DNA of 64,000 nucleotides from Thalia democratica (lineage: Eukaryota). A model generated the notes under the pieces. The model saw only the letters and a program-made list of their open reading frames with translations, did not search any database and had not been told where the DNA came from. How positions within the stretch are numbered: position 1 is the stretch's first letter; every line of letters begins with the position of its first letter. The stretch is from the NCBI GenBank assembly GCA_965202585.1, contig OZ241826.1, forward strand, positions 23,622,001 through 23,686,000. Reading direction: 5' to 3'. Below, in pieces: positions 63,769-64,000 of the stretch. The translations under genes were made by a program, and so were the position numbers.

Positions 63769-64000
63769 TTTTAAGTAAACAAATATAGCTTTGCAAAAAA
63801 GTACAATATTACTATTAAAAAGTTCATTATTACTTACTCAAGTTTAACTGCACATAGTTCCTTGTTAAGATAAATCTAACTAGTAAAAATTTAGTTACAG
63901 CAGATTTTTTAACAAAAACTTTCACATTGTTACTAGATTTTTTGATGTTTGTTTAGTTGTTTGTAAATTATAGCCAGAATTTAAAACTGACTATGAATTA

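Noticed and set aside
1-64000. tRNA, rRNA or snRNA genes
   Set aside because: No cloverleaf, A/B-box pair or recognisable rRNA/snRNA sequence was seen by eye; tRNAscan-SE and cmscan would be needed to exclude them.

Overview
Very AT-rich animal (probably invertebrate) nuclear DNA under the standard genetic code. The window holds a tandem and inverted cluster of four BACK+Kelch paralogs: one on + at 1.6-3.1 kb and three on - at 15-20, 37.6-44.2 and 55-59.7 kb. The ORF track splits each gene in two. Splice signals conserved in position and phase indicate that a 238-nt Lys-rich upstream coding exon (exon A, 79 aa) joins across a 3-5 kb intron to the ~1.5-kb BACK/Kelch exon. The predicted proteins are ~570-580 aa, with no recognisable BTB domain and hypervariable propeller loops. 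A fifth, orphan exon A lies at 8.96-9.19 kb. All four introns carry the same decayed Penelope-like retroelement (RT, an inverted GIY-YIG piece and, in genes 2-4, a hammerhead remnant), so it inserted before the duplications. Later insertions include a second PLE with a hammerhead-like motif, an internally deleted LTR element, a Buster-type hAT with 8-bp TSD, several MITEs and a pogo/Tigger fragment. The window also has a ~635-bp x ~5.4 tandem array, a hairpin array with compensatory changes, and a GC-rich E2 ubiquitin-conjugating pseudogene whose composition is unlike the host genes. No tRNA, rRNA or CRISPR could be supported. Everything was read by eye; no database searches were run.
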